From assembly GCF_009914755.1 (NCBI RefSeq), contig NC_060925.1: a stretch of DNA of 64,000 nucleotides. One strand, written 5' to 3'. Origin of the DNA: the human T2T-CHM13v2.0 reference genome, Homo sapiens. Both the position numbers and the translations under genes were made by a program. The notes below the pieces were generated by a model that did no database searches, was not told the origin of the DNA, and was given only the letters and a program-made list of their open reading frames with translations. This document shows, piece by piece, positions 1 through 14,968 of the stretch. Within the stretch, counting starts at the first letter, position 1. Every line of letters begins with the position of its first letter.

Positions 1-526
1 TTCAGAGCTTTCAACCTACTTTGAAAGCTTACCGTATTATGAACTTTTCCTCATGTGGTGAAATAATCTTTTAAATTTCATTCTTTTAGAGTATATTTTT
101 TACTAGTTTTAAGGTATTCCTTTCTATGGCTTTACTGTAATTTAGTTAACCAATTCTCTGTTGTTGATTATTTAAAATTTTGCCTCATTATAAATAAGGC
201 TTTAGTGAACATATTTACATAACCCTTTTAAAATTCACCTGGGATGATTTCCTCAGGGTAATTTCCTAGGTCAAAGGCTTTTGCAACTCATTGCCAAACC
301 AGACTTGAGGGAAGGTAGTGTCATTTTTCTTTGTTGACATCAGCAGTGTTTGAGAGAGGTGGTTGGTGGTGGACTGATTTTTTGTTAATGCAATTGATTT
401 CTATTTAGAAGGCTAGACATCTCCTGCCACCTGCCCCACCCTTCTCTATTTTCTGGATTCTCCTTCCCTGCTATCCTCTTAGGGTGCTTGTGAACATTCC
501 TTTGCTCTTGGACAGTTACAGGCTCT

Positions 527-672
527 TTTTTTTTTTTAATTCTGTAAGTTTTAGGGTACATGTGCACAACGTGCAGGTTAGTTACATATGTATTCATGTG
601 CCATGTTGGTGTGCTGCATCCATTAACTCATCATTTAACATTAGATATATCTCCTAATGCTATCCCTCCCCC
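527..672 (-). mobile_element. L1PA 3'-end fragment, severely 5' truncated (~145 bp)
   Basis: polyT followed by ttttagggtacatgtgcacaacgtgcaggttagttacatatg...ctaatgctatccctccccc; TSD AGGCTCT at 520-526 and 673-679. Confidence 0.9.
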
Positions 673-1159
673 AGGCTCTATCTTTGAATATGGAGCAAGC
701 TGCAGTCAGGGGCCATCTAAGCAGCCAACTGTGGGAAGAGCGCAAAGGGCGGAGCCTGTGGGAGATTCTCTTGTCGGGTGGGCGAGGGTGTGGAACTCTG
801 GCCTCGTCCCCAGCCTTTTGGAACTGAGCTTTCCCAAAAGACAACTGGGGCCTCACGGGAGCCTTACAGGGCTTCTTGGAGGTCAGATTGCCTGAGTATT
901 GAGGTTATGAACCTACCGCTTATATATATGAGTTTTTAGATAGCAGAAACTTTTCTTCTTGAAAGATTATTGTTTGAAGCCTTTCAAATATGTTCTTCCT
1001 GTTTATGGAAAAAATACCATATTAACCAAGATACCAATCACTGGATGCTAGGAATAATGGGACGATCAGGACTTTGGGATTGTGGGGTGTAAAACTTGCT
1101 CTACAATGATGTGACCTTGTTAAAAAGCAGAATGTTTCTGCAGTTGTGTGCTGGCTTTT

Positions 1160-1670
1160 CATTGAGCTTAGAATAAAGCCAGTCTGATCCTCCTTAACAA
1201 AACACCACGTGGTCCGGCACCTGCCACCGTGACTCATCTCCTCCCACCCTTGCCCCGGCCTCTGTGCTCCTGCACTGTGGGCTTCCTGCTCATCTTCAGA
1301 AAGAGCAAGCATGGTGCCACCGCAGGGCGCTTTTATGAGCTGTTCCTTCATCTTAGAATGCTCTTGCCTTTCGTCATCATATGACTTCCTGTCATTCCCA
1401 TCTCTGCTTAAATGTCATTGCCCCAAAGAAGCTGTCCTTGGTGACTCAAAGAGAAACAGACAACCAGCGTTCTGCATCACCAGATTTTTTTCTGTGCGTA
1501 GGACTCATTGCCATGTGAAATTTTCCTCTTTTGTCTGCCTTCCATCCCAGAGTCTATGTTCCATGGACATAGGAACCTTAGTGAACTTGTTTGTCATGGT
1601 GTCCCCACTGCCTAAAACAATAGATAGCTAATAATTGACACTCCATAAATATTTGTTGAATATATGAGTA
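1160..1670 (+). mobile_element. L2 LINE 3' fragment
   Basis: L2-type text ending cactccataaatatttgttgaat; boundaries approximate. Confidence 0.65.
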
Positions 1671-1744
1671 GTGCAGCGGGTCAGGCTAAACCCCTTTATA
1701 GGTTGTTAAAAGCAAGTATCCTCAATAGACTCATTTGGGGTCTG

Positions 1745-1900
1745 AAGATCTGAGCTTTAGTCTTAACCCCATATCCACTAATTCTGTGACGTTGGGAAAA
1801 CCACTTATCATCTCTGAATCTCAGTGTACTTATCTGTAAAATAAGAATCATAGTACTTACACAGAGAACCTCATATGGTGGTTGAGAGGAATAGCTGTGA
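1745..1900 (+). mobile_element. MIR SINE
   Basis: ctgtgacgttgggaaaaccacttatcatctctgaatctcagtgtacttatctgtaaaat core. Confidence 0.7.
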
Positions 1901-2729
1901 CAGTAGATGTGCAAGCTGTCTGTAAGCTTTTCAACAAATGGACATTATCTCTACTGGTTTATTACAAGTAATTACAGGAGACTACCATAGGGTGCTTCCA
2001 AAGCTTGGAAAAAGGGAAAATACAGCCCACTACAGAGAGAAGACTTTTATATCAGTGCACGATGGATTAGAAACATGTATTTTGGTGCGCACTTGATTGA
2101 GGATAATTTAATTGGAGGCTTTAATCATACCCTTGGAAAGATTTTGCCGATCAGAAAGGGAGTTGGTTTAGTCAGAATTAGACAAGGAAACATCCAAAAG
2201 GCAAATCCTGACAATTCCCAGTCAAGCATTGGCTGAGGAAAGATGTCCTGGTTCAGCAATTTGCTTTGTCATGTCAGGTGGCAGAATATCCCTGTGGAGG
2301 AGACAGGTGCCTCCAGCTTTCAGAGCTTGAAGTCACTGAAGATCCAGGTTCTTGAACCAGGGCCAGTGTCCTGGCCCTGATTTCTTTCTCACCAAGCTCT
2401 CTGAGTGCATAATTTGACTTCTTATGTGGCTGACTTAGAGAAGATACGAGGCCCCACATTCTGGTAATATAGATCTGTCTCTATGAGCTGGGTTAATGTG
2501 TGTCTACCCCTAGACACAGATCTGTCTCAGGGTGCTGACAGATGAGGCTCCTGACCCACAAAGCGGAGGACCCAGACCCTGGCTGAGGTGACTGTCAGTG
2601 TACAGCCACCTTGAAGGGGATGTGGCTGGATGACCAGCTGCCTCGATCAGGGACTCCCACTCGGTAGCATAACTTTCCATCTGCAATGTGGTGATAGTTT
2701 AATTTGACAGTTTATTTGGTTAGAGGTTC

Positions 2730-3029
2730 TTTTTTTTTTTTTTTTTGAGATGAAGTCTCGTTCTGTCACTCAGCCTGTAATGCGGTAGCTCGATCTCAGT
2801 ACTCACTGCAACCTCTGCCTTCCTGGTTCAAGTGATTCTCCTGGCTCAGCTGCCTGAGTAGCTGGGACTGCAGGCGCCTGCCACCATGCCTGGCTAATTT
2901 TTGTATTTTTAGTAGAGACGGGGTTTCACTATGTTGGCCAGGCTGGTCTTGAACTCCTGACCTCAGGTGATCTGCACACCTCAGTTTCCCAAAGTGTTGG
3001 GATTACAGACGTGAGCCACTGCACCCAGC
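2730..3029 (-). mobile_element. AluS
   Basis: Full-length antisense Alu with polyT head. Confidence 0.95.
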
Positions 3030-4661
3030 AATTAAGAGATTCTTGAATGTAATTGGTATTTTGTGTGTGCATATGAGGGTTTATCAGTCTTAGCGTAATA
3101 GTTTAGGGTAGACATACTAGAAGGGGCCAGGAGGTGGCAGTAAAAGATAGCTAGTCATTTAAGCAATTCAAATTAGACCAAATTAGCCTAATATTCAGCC
3201 TCTCCAGGGCAATTTACGAAGTATTGAGATTGGAGGAGGCAGGATGGGTGTTGCTTCTAGACCAGAGAGAGAGAGTCTACCAAAGTAGCCATTCTCATCC
3301 CAGCTTTCATGATTTCCCTGAATCTTACTTTAAACTGTTTTTCATTAAATTTTCCTGTGAAATTAAAAAAATTCTCAACTTACTCTAGTTTTCAGATTTT
3401 ATGTAGAACATGTTTTTATATATAGGCTGTAGGTTGGATTGTCAGTGGATTTCAGCAGTGAGGGTCTCCCAGCCCCTTAATTTCTAGATAAGGTGGACCT
3501 GACTCTCTATTCCCTAGATGGAGCGGGGCTCAGTGCTGTCCTGAGACATTTATTCCTGAACCGCTTCTGTCCCTCACCTCATGCATACATGGAATTGGTT
3601 CTGTTTGGGGATCATATCACTGTCCCCACTGAACATCACCCTGGCTCTCATGTGGCATTTGGCTATTTTTCTTAATTTGTACACACACACCATGCATGAC
3701 ACACACAACCACCAACAAAAATCATTTAGATGCAGCGTGTGTTAGAGGACTTTAATAAAGGTTTAGGAGACAATTCCACAAGCAGCTTAAAATTGGTGGT
3801 CGGACCTCCCGGGTCCCTCTGCCATGTCTGACACTCAGACTCTGGCCTCTGGCCATGCTGTTCTGTCTTCTCTATCTAGCTCCTTTTTCTGCCTTTTCCC
3901 CCCTTAGGAACAAAGCTCATCCTCTACTTTTTTTTTTTTTCTAAACAGACCAATCTTTCAAAAACACAAAATAAATCATATAATTTTCTTATTTGATTTC
4001 CCAGGTCTTCCTCTATAAAGTCGTGCTTCGTGGCTGACGAGTGTGACCCTTTCTGATCATGCCTTTCCCGTCGCTGAAGTTGCATCACCATTCCCGTCTA
4101 CACTTTTTCCTCCCCAGCTGCGCTGGGATGGTTCATTTCTTCATGCTTTGTCTATGCCATTGCTTCAGGTTTTCTTTACCTAGTTAATTCCTCCAAAACA
4201 TCTCACTTCTGAGCTGCTTCCCCTGAGTCCTCAGGTTTAGAGGGAGCCTCCCTCTGCTCCTTCATGGCTGTAATGAATTACTTTTCATTGGGAGAGAGAA
4301 GCTGAGTGTTCCAGTCCTAAACTGTTACTAATTTTGTGACACAGGGCATATTAAGGGAGGCTAGACGGGCTAGATGATTGTGAGTTATGTAAGTGCTGAC
4401 CTTCCTCAAATGTAACTGTGATCATTGAAAAAGTGATGGTCATTTAATTCACATCAGTTCATCAAAGTTTCATTAGGTCTCCATAAAGAAATTTCTACTC
4501 GCTAATTCGCTCTCTAAATGTTGGGTGCCAGGTGCTGTGTCGGGCCACAGGGACAGAGAGGAAGTGGAGATTTCCAGAGGGAGGATGCATCCACAGTTCT
4601 GGAATTCGGGGGAAATATCAAAGTTAGCGATACGTATTTGGGATTCAACAGTGAGAATATG

Positions 4662-4975
<314 letters not shown>

Positions 4976-5155
4976 TTAAAGCTATTGGGAAGGGTGCCAA
5001 CTGGGGAAAATGTATGGAAGATCTGCATAGATCACTGGAGCCTTGGATACATCCTGCTTTTCAAACATTTCTTCTGTGAAAGGGAAGATGTTCTGAGTGC
5101 AACTTTCCTATTCTGAAGGATTAAAAAATTATTTTGTATCTTATTTTTAAAAAAA

Positions 5156-5226
5156 TTTTTTTTGAGATGGAGTCTTGCTCTGTTGCCCAGGCTGTAGTGC
5201 AGTGGCATGAGCTACCGCACCTGGCC
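5156..5226 (-). mobile_element. Internally deleted Alu (both termini only)
   Basis: tttgagatggagtcttgctctgttgcccaggctgtagtgcagtGGCATGAgctaccgcacctggcc. Confidence 0.85.
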
Positions 5227-5500
5227 ATATCTTTTATAATTGGTACATTGTAAATCTTTTTTTTTTTTTTTACATACCCCAAGGACTGTGACAATAGCAG
5301 AGGGCACATTTTATAATGAATCTACATATTAAATAAATATATAGATAAAATGTACAAACAGCTTTCCCCTGGAATGCTAGCAAATTTGAAAATTAGCTGA
5401 GGATTTATCTTTTGAGGGAGCTTTGATAACTGGCAGTAACGTTTTTTCTCTTCTACTTCCTACACTATGGGATAGGGTGGTGTTAAGTTTTGTTAAAAGT

Positions 5501-5840
<340 letters not shown>

Positions 5841-6226
5841 TTAGATTGGGTCTGGGTCGCCGCTGATCTTTGCTCTCAGACTAGCAGAGCATTGTTTCTT
5901 CACAACTAAGTTGTGCTTATCAAAATGATAGCAGTCTTTAGCTAATAAAATGAAAGGTCACTTCTGTGGCATAAGATTTCTCTTTGAAATTCCCTGCATG
6001 TTCTCTTTTTGGATAACTCAGTGATGAATGTCAGAATGAATTTGGAACATTACCTTTGAAATTCTGCCACAGAACAAACTGAACGAGAAAGGTGACTTTT
6101 TTTCTTTTCTATACCTGAAAATCAGAAAATATTAATGAAATTAGTATTTGGAAAATTAAAACAACAGAAAGGTAATTTCTATTTTTCCAAGAAAACTGCT
6201 ATTTACACTTTGAAATATCTTTTTAT

Positions 6227-6490
6227 ATTTATATTTATTTATTTAGAGACAGGGTTTCACCCTGTTACCTAGGCTGAGGTGCAGTGGTACGATCATAGCT
6301 AACTACACCCTTGAACTCTTGGGATCAGGTGATCCTCCCACCTCAGCCTCTCAAGTAGCTATGACTGTGGGCATGCATTACCATGCCTGACTAATTTTTA
6401 AATTTTTTATAGAGACATGGTTTTGCTATGTTGCCCAGGCTGGTCTCCAACTCTTGGTCTCCAGTGATCTTCCTGGCTCAGCCTCCCAAA
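6227..6490 (-). mobile_element. AluJ
   Basis: Diverged antisense Alu with gatcatagct / gatcctcccacctcagcc J-type features. Confidence 0.88.
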
Positions 6491-8503
6491 ACATGATATA
6501 TCTTTTAAAAAATGGGAAAAGAAAGTAGGGTATGGAACTTGTAACCTAGATCTCTAAAACTTGACTGGGCATAATTTTCTAGTGCTTGTTTTATATAGAG
6601 ATTTCAGATCTCTGGCTCAGATACTAAACAGAATCTTTCAAGGAGAGGCTAGGATTCTCTGTGATTATTATCCCAGAAGGTGTTTAGGACCAGATGAATT
6701 TCAGAAGTGCTGTTGTAATTGCTAAAGATCACCATGGGGCATCTTGTTATAGAAAGATATTCTTCTTCATAGACTGCCAATTCCCAGCGATCTAAGGACT
6801 GATAAGCTAATTCATTATTCTGATCCTTGGCATTCTCCCCCTTCTCCCTCCCATAATTCGCCTCTCCATTTTTCTATTTTTCATGCTTTCTATGCACAAA
6901 GGCTGAGCAAGGAGGTGGGATTGTGCTGAGATAAGCCCATTTTGCTCATTGCCCCCTGCACATGCATTCAATTGGTAGTGAGGAGGAAGTTGAATATTTA
7001 GGGTTCAGGTGGGGGCTCTCAGTGCCTCCCCTTTTAGAATATTGCATTCTGGAAAATTAAAAGCATAAATGTAGAATTAACCCTAATGTATTCATCTCCC
7101 AGGTTCAACAATTATCAACTCCTGGCCAGTTTTCTTTCATCTGTACTCTCTCCCGTATTGTTTTGAAGCAAATCCCAGATATCTTATTATCTATGAATAT
7201 TTCGGTAGTATCTCTAAAAGATAAGAACTGTTATATTCTTTTGAACTTCAGAATCTTCTAAGAAAACAGAACATGGCAGAGTGGAGCTATACCCTAACTA
7301 GGCAGAGCCTAGGATTAAGAGGAGCAAAGACAGTGACTTGAGGTTTTTCTTTAAAAGAGCTCAGAAAGGTAATATTTCTTCAATTTATTATTGAATGGTG
7401 CTTCTCTATGGTAAATCCATGGTAAATCCAGGTATATGAGTTTATGGGAGAAAAGAGAGCTTTAGCAAGGGATTTGAGAGTGAGCGAGGAGATAGAAAAG
7501 TGAAAATAATTGAAAGTTGGTTGTTCTTACATGGCAAAGTTTATAATAAAGCTTTGTGGAATGTACATTAGAGTCCTTTTTGAAAGACTTAATTGTTCAC
7601 TGATTGGAGATTAAAAACCTGTCTAAGTGTAAGTAATCAGAGTTTTTTAGCTCAGTGTTTAAGTACCAACTGTTGTTGAAATAACGCCTGTGCACCTATC
7701 TAAATGGTAATGAAATGCCAGCAAAGTTATCCATTTGCTTTTTCTCATTCTACAACATAACAGTGAGAGGAAAGGGATAAGACATTTGACGTCTGATCCT
7801 TGTTTTGAAAGCTGGGGAGACAAACATATATCAGTTAGCATAAGATTCCTTTCTTTTTCCCCTCTTTTGAGGCATTAAACATTCTAAGGTTCGTTAAGAT
7901 ACAGTAGAAAAAATTTTTATAAATTTTCTTCTTGGATTAGAATCCTAAGGTTATTTAAAATTAATGCAGTGTAAACCTAAAGCTACTCTGGGATTTACTA
8001 CTCTGGAACTTGACTGTTCAATTACAGATATTCTATGTAGTGTGAAGATAATTTCATGGTGCATGCTTGCAGAATGGAAGAGATGCCTGCTTGATGTGCT
8101 GTTATAAATATATACTGAAATGTAGCAAGTTGCAGCACAGTTATTTAAAATACCCCCTATTCCGTGCCTTCCCTTTCCCCCTTTCTCTCCTTCCCCCATA
8201 GTCCCCTCAGAATACCATGATCTTTGTTCATTCTTAACTAACTCATTATTGTGCTGAGGTAACTTGGTGTACGGACAACTTCTTAGATGCAGAAAATACT
8301 TGTATGTTTCTTTTAAACCAGGTTGACATATGGAAATCTGAATTTGTTGGATACTTTGAGGGGGGTAATTATTTGCTTTCTAAAGGGATTCTTTACTTTT
8401 TTGAAGGATTTGCAATAGAATCCTTTAATTAGTAGTTAATTTCCAATTCAGTCTACACATAGATTTTACAGAGCACTTCTTTTAGGCAAAGTGAGTGATG
8501 GAC

Positions 8504-8854
8504 TGTATTAGTTTGTTTTCACACAGCTGATAAAGACATACCCGAAACTGGCAATAAAAAGAGGTTTAATTGGACTTACAGTTTCACATGGCTGGGGAGG
8601 CCTCAGAATCACAGAGGGAGGTGAAAGGTACTTCTTACATGGCGGTGACAAGAGAGAAATGAGGAAGAAGCAAAAGCAGAAACCCCTGTTAAACCCATCA
8701 GATCTTGTGAGACTTACTATCACGAGAATAGCGTGGGAAAGACTGGCCCCCGTGATTCATTTACCTCCCGCTGGGTTCCTCCTGCAACACATGGGAATTC
8801 TGGGAGATATAATTTAAGTTGAGATTTGGGTGGGGACACAGCCAAACCATATCA
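8504..8854 (-). mobile_element. THE1 (MaLR) solo LTR
   Basis: tgtattagt...gagatttgggtggggacacagccaaaccatatca; 5-bp TSD TGGAC on both sides. Confidence 0.92.
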
Positions 8855-8920
8855 TGGACTCTGCCTGAAAATGTGCTTTTTAGAATTTTCAGACATTTTG
8901 CCCTGTGTAAAGCTCCCTTC

Positions 8921-9234
<314 letters not shown>

Positions 9235-10214
9235 TCATTAAGTCTTGCCTGGCTATGTGTGTGGAGTATTACTTTGCTTCTGCTGTGTGGGATCTTCTTC
9301 CCTGCATTTCTTGAATCAAGTACAAGATGTCAGCAGGTGATATCCTGAGGAACAAGATGGGCAAATAGGATTTAATATTCTACCTAGGTAAATTGTGTCC
9401 TCCAGCAACACATCTTTCCTTTAAAGAGGGACATTTTGGTGGTTTGAGCCCGTTAAGAAGCAATTTTCCAAAACCAAATTTTTCCATGTCTAACATGTTC
9501 AAAGAATAGTCACTCTGGGAAGTCAACTCTCTCTTGGGTTTCCAAGTTAATAACCACTCATTGTGACCTTGAAAGGATCAGTTTGGTGTTAAAGAAAAAG
9601 AAGAAACAGTTACCTGGGAGAGTGTTAGTTCATGGTTGCCCAGTGTAGAGCCCTTTCTACAGATCACTGGCTCCTCTCATTTAAGGACAAAGCAGGGGAG
9701 GCTGATGGGAGGCCAGGAGGCAATTTTCATGCAGCTGTTGAAGCTCTTTCTGGGGCTGACTCTTGACCTTGACCGAGACCACCTCTGGGAGCAGCTGAAA
9801 GGCTTCCCGAGATTGATGGTCCTTGGCACACTAAGTGCCTGTCTTCTTGTCCCTGTCTTTCACGTTACCTGCCCTTTATAGCAGAAAAAGGTATCTCTCA
9901 TTGTGCCTGTGCTTCTTTGACCTGGTATTAGTTAGCTTGAAACAACTCAAAGAGCAAATCTGTTCATCTGGAGTTGCTCACCACAACACACCGCACCCTC
10001 ATTTGATTTCAAATACCTTTGCATACGTTGTGCTCTTTGAGGCTGGATTTTCTGAGGACCTTTAGAGCTCGTTCCCTTTGTTTTTTTGGTTTGTTTCTTT
10101 GTTTCCTGCTTGAAATAACCTCTGTCAGCTCCCTTTAACAACTCCCTGGTCAGCTTCACACAGGCTCTGTTCCACGTCTGGCCTCAGTTTTGTGTGAATC
10201 TAGTAAACGTGGTG

Positions 10215-10345
10215 ACTTGGAGACAGCTGACCCGATTCAAGTTCCGACCCTGCCACTTGTTACTGTGTGATCTTAGGCAAATTTTGTAACCTTTCTGTGC
10301 CCAGGTTCCTATCTGTAAAATGGGGAGTAATAGTAGTTCTCACCA
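10215..10345 (+). mobile_element. MIR SINE
   Basis: ttcaagttccgaccctgccacttgttactgtgtgatcttaggcaa...tctgtaaaatgggg. Confidence 0.75.
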
Positions 10346-12749
10346 CAGAGAGAATGGAGCAAACACTGGTTTCTCCATCCTTAGTTTAAGAAATAAAATA
10401 TTACAACATAGTTGAAACCTGATTGGGTTCCCTCCTGATTGTGTTTCCCACCCTGCCCCTAAATGGCAGCCACTATCCTGAATTTGGTATTTTTATTATT
10501 CTGTATCTGTTTATGCTTTTACTGTTTGTGTGATTATTGTTTTACATGGATATTGGTAAATAATAAGGCCCATGAGAGACGAGATGGAACTGTCTGAGAA
10601 GCCACGCCTGAAGGGTGTGTAGATCCCACTTTAGCAACTGTAGGTAGAGGAGAGTGCAAAGCTCTGCCATAGCTCTCATCAGGAGAGCACCAGGTTTTGG
10701 CTTTGTCCCCTTCTGTTTGGCTGCTGTCCCTCCAGGCCTGTTGATGGACCCAAGGAGCACAGCCTGGCCTCTTTGTATTGTTTTGTGCCTTCACGCAGAA
10801 AGGAATTATGCAGCCAGAAGTTTATAGCCCCAAATCACTCTCTAATCCACTCAAGTCTGTTCTTGCTTCATTTTACCAACATCTGCTTTGTTCGTTTCTA
10901 GTTTTAGGGATGTGATTAATGTTCCTCCAGCTTCTGACTCGTTGCCTTTTTTCCCCTTTCTGTCTCCCCTCTCTCCCTGGTTTGGTCTTACTTACTCTGA
11001 ATACTCAGTCTTTGCATTTCCTGGAAGCAGCCCTAAAGCCTCTTCTGTGAACTGCTCACCAGCCAGATGCAGCGGGTTCCTGGGACCACCCCCTTTTTGA
11101 GCACCAGAGGGTCAACTACCGGATGTGCATGGCCTTGCCATCAACATGCACAACCAATTGTTTAGAGCATATTATTGCTGTACTATGAGTAGGGGATTTT
11201 GTGATATAGACCGTGCACAGGCAGGTAGATTACATGTGTCTGTCCCTCTTGGTCAGAGATTCAGCTTAGGATCTCCTAGTGGATGAGTCTGAGCTACTGG
11301 TTTCTGACCATTTGTCCTTCAGCAGGCCAATGACACTGTTGAGCTCAGAAGTGGGGACACTAGCTTCTCCCTGGTGGGGCTGCTTCTAGCTCTAGAGGTT
11401 TAGGTTGAATTGAAATGACACCAGTTGCTGTAGTCATTCATTTCCAGAATTCAATGCTAGAGATGACTGAATTCCTTTTGCTTCTTTAGCCCCTCTGGCC
11501 GGTCAAGCTTCACGTGAGGTGTCCCTGGTACCTCTCCCCCACACGCTGCTCTTCCTTCTGGGCTGTAGCACTTGCTGCTCTGGAGTATGTGGCAGCTGTT
11601 CCTCAGTTCTGCCCATGACCTCACTCCCTTCCCCTACCAGTCACATTTACTGACTTTGGTTTTCTGGGTGCTGATCCATCTCCTCCTGACCAAGCACGTT
11701 ACAGAACTCCTGTGGGGCAATAGCTACCTTTTGTTCAGTGTGTCTGCAGAGCCATCATGATGACTCTGAGCACTGGTGGGTTGACCACCTCAGGACATTA
11801 GTTTCTCTTCCTCCTTCACCCCCGGCGGGGAGAGAAAATCTCCAAGTCTCTGTTGTAGCACTTCCACCTTATGTTGAGGTTCCTGGTCTGTATTATTCTT
11901 GATTCGTCTTTATATTTCCAGTACTTACCCCACATCTTATATATGAGAGGTTCTTATAAATAACCTCATATGAGAAAAAACTTATTAAAAAAAAGTCTAA
12001 GCTTCTTGAAGCTACAAAGCTTTAATCACAAAAAAAAGTTAAGCAAAATCTAGAGTAGGTTTGATGTGGACAAAGTAAAAGTTATTAGAGGGACTTGGAA
12101 CAGAAAATGTCCAGACGAGAGGTCAGGCCACGGACTGACACAGGGGCATAAGCTGGTACACGCAGATAGAGCATGCTTCCTGAAGCTGAGGGAATTGGGA
12201 GCCAGTGCCTGACACACACGATGAGATTCGGAAGGCAGGGGTCAAACATGCAAAGATGGCAGCTCTGCAGCCAGCCCACAGAGCTAAGGGGCACCTCTCT
12301 CCAATCCTGGCAAACGCTGGCACAAGACACAACTGGATTCTTTCTGTTGCTCATGAATTTTCATGAGGCAGTTGGTGAGTTGTTCTCCAGGTCTGTGGGG
12401 GAATTAACAATTCAAAAGGTGATCTCATACTACTCAGACCCTTGTGTTTACCCCCGGGAAGATCTTCTGATCATTAACAAGGTTCACTGGACATGCTACT
12501 CTGTGTTGTGTGCCTGTTGCTTGGAGGTCCTGATGTTCAGCCATGTGGGGATGGGCTTTGGGCATCCTGTAATCTGGTAGACAATATCAGCAAGTACAAA
12601 AAGACCTGTAAGGTAATGAGTAGTAGAAATGTTAGTTGCACTTCCTCATGTGTGATACAGATAATAGAATACTAGAATTGAAATCATATAAGTAAAACAT
12701 TTTTTAAAAATCTAAAAATTTATATGTAGAGAAGGTACTTTTGGAAGCA

Positions 12750-13340
12750 TGGCCTTTGGAGAAGATGCCATTGATTTTGGAGCCAAGAGACCTGGGTTAA
12801 AGTCCCAAGTGTGGATTGACTCTGAGGCTTGTGAAGGTCACTTAATCCTAATCAATCTTTGCTTTCTAATATGATATATGGGGGCAATACTTGTGGGATA
12901 GGGTAGTAAAAATTAACAGTGGGATAATATACATGAAAGTGCATTCATTCTTTCATTCCATTCATTTGTTCAGCAAATACTCATTGCTTGTTTTGTGTTA
13001 TGTGCCAGGCACTGGTTGGTGCTAAGGAGATGAAATTAAAGAAGAAAGCTGTGATCATTGCCCTTCCGATCTTATAGATAACTAGACTATACAGAAAGCT
13101 GAACCACATTATGTACTTGGAAAGTACCATGTGACTATTTTAGCTGGGGCAGTTAGAAAAACTTTAAGAAATATGGCACTTAGATGGGTAATGGCACTTT
13201 AAGGGTAACTCTACCCTTAAGGGTAGAGTTTTGACAGACAAAATGGAGGAAGGGGACCTCTAGGCAGAGAAATTGAGTGTGAGCAAAGAGAAAGTGAAGG
13301 GAATAATTGGATAAAATGAGTGGTTCAATGAGGACAGGAA
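12750..13340. mobile_element. MIR (+, ~12750-12940) abutting L2 (-, ~12942-13340)
   Basis: MIR core followed by cattcattc...tcagcaaatactcattg...tgtgccaggcactg L2 3' end in antisense. Confidence 0.6.
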
Positions 13341-14417
13341 TGTCAGGGCAGGAAAAATAGATTGGGCTTGGCCTTGGCTTCTCCTTCCCATTCCCTCCAC
13401 CTTTCAGCGTGAGATTTTTAGCCGCTCATTTGTGGAATAGAGCTGAGAGGAGGGTGATCAGCCACATGGGATCCAATCACTAGCTTCTTCATTTTTAGTT
13501 AAAATTATGACAAGGCAAGATTAAACACAAAGAAGGGCTGGGTAGGTATGTATGTCAATCTGGGAAGGACTAAATTCTAGGGGAGCTAGTTGGGATCTTT
13601 TCTCTAGCCCTCCTAGAAGTCTTGTAGAATTTGACATTCATCTCCTTTTGTCTTGAAAATCTGTGCCATTTATAGTTTTCAGGGGGAGAAGCTAAATTCT
13701 GTTTTTGATGAGCTGAGTTTAAGATGGCCCGTTTGGAAGTGGCCCGTTGTTAGGCAGAATTAACTACACATTTAGTAACTTCAAGGCAGTACCTAACCTA
13801 GTGCTAGGACTTCTTTCTCTCCTTTTTACCAATGTTCTTGATACTGGGAATACAAGGTCCCAAACCTACAGAAGACTCGTTGATTTGGTGGCAGGTCTGA
13901 ACTTCAGTAGAGACTTAAAAATCCTCAGAGCTGACTGTATACACTTCCCGGAAGTACTGTGATACAGTTCGTCTTCCTACTGCGGTATAAGGTGAATTAT
14001 TCATTCAGTTACTTCTTAAGGAAATGCTTATCAAACATCAACCATATGGCAGATATTAAGTGCTGGGAATGCAAGAGGTATAAGACACCACTCCTGATCT
14101 TAAGGAACCTACGGTCTTAAGCTGTACACACATGTGTACAACTGTGGTCTGATAGGATAAGGACAGACAGATCATAAGAAGGAAGTATGATGAGAGAGGA
14201 CAGATCATAAGGGAGTATGATGAGAGCCCAAGAGGAAGCAGGGTGGCTGCATAGCTGACCTCTTCACCCCCTTCAAGTTTTTGCTCAAATGTTCTCATTT
14301 GGATGAAGACCACCCCAACTCTCCTTTTAAAAAGGGCAGCATCTGCCACCTCAACACTTCTGAGCTCCCTCACCCTGTTCTACAGTTTTGCTTTTTCCAT
14401 TGCATTTATTGTCCTCT

Positions 14418-14968
14418 GTCCCAGTTGGCTGTCGCTGAATAACAAACCATCTACAAACTTACTAGCTTAAAACAATGATTGCCTCTGTCTCCCTGTTCTG
14501 TTGGTTGACTGTACTTGGCTGGGTAGTTCTTGCTTGGGATCTCTCCTATAGTTGCAGTCAGACATCAGCCAGGGTTGCCATCTTTCAAAGGTGTAACTGG
14601 GCGGGATGTCCAAGAGGTTTTCTCACATGGCTGGCTATTGAGGCTGCTGTCAGCTGGGAGCTCAGCTGATGCTGTTCACCAGAACATCTTCATGTGGCCA
14701 CTCCGTGTGGCTTGGGCTTCTTTATATGACAACTGGGTTCTAAGAGATAGTGTTCAAAGATTGAGCATTCCAAGGGGTAGGAAGTGGAAGGTGCCAGGCC
14801 AATGGCAGACCACCTTTGGAATTAGGACAGCATCACTTCTTCTATATCTATTGGTCCTAGGACCTGCCCAGATTTACTCTTGCTGGGGGAGTGGCAAGGT
14901 CACATTGCAGAAGACCATATGGGATGAAAGATACAGTTGCAGCCATTGTTGGGAAGTCATTCTGTCAT
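14418..14968 (-). mobile_element. MLT1 (MaLR) LTR inserted in an L2 fragment (L2 ~14250-14415 and ~14975-15135)
   Basis: Begins tgtcccagttggctgtcgctgaataacaaacc...gcttaaaacaa (MLT1 3' end, antisense); L2 text resumes on both sides. Confidence 0.7.

Noticed and set aside
2471-2528. Small direct repeat (AGATCTGTCTC x2) enclosing an 8-bp hairpin; similar short duplications at ~7408, ~14161, ~50989 and ~57509
   Set aside because: Ordinary slippage or micro-duplication scars, too short to imply function.
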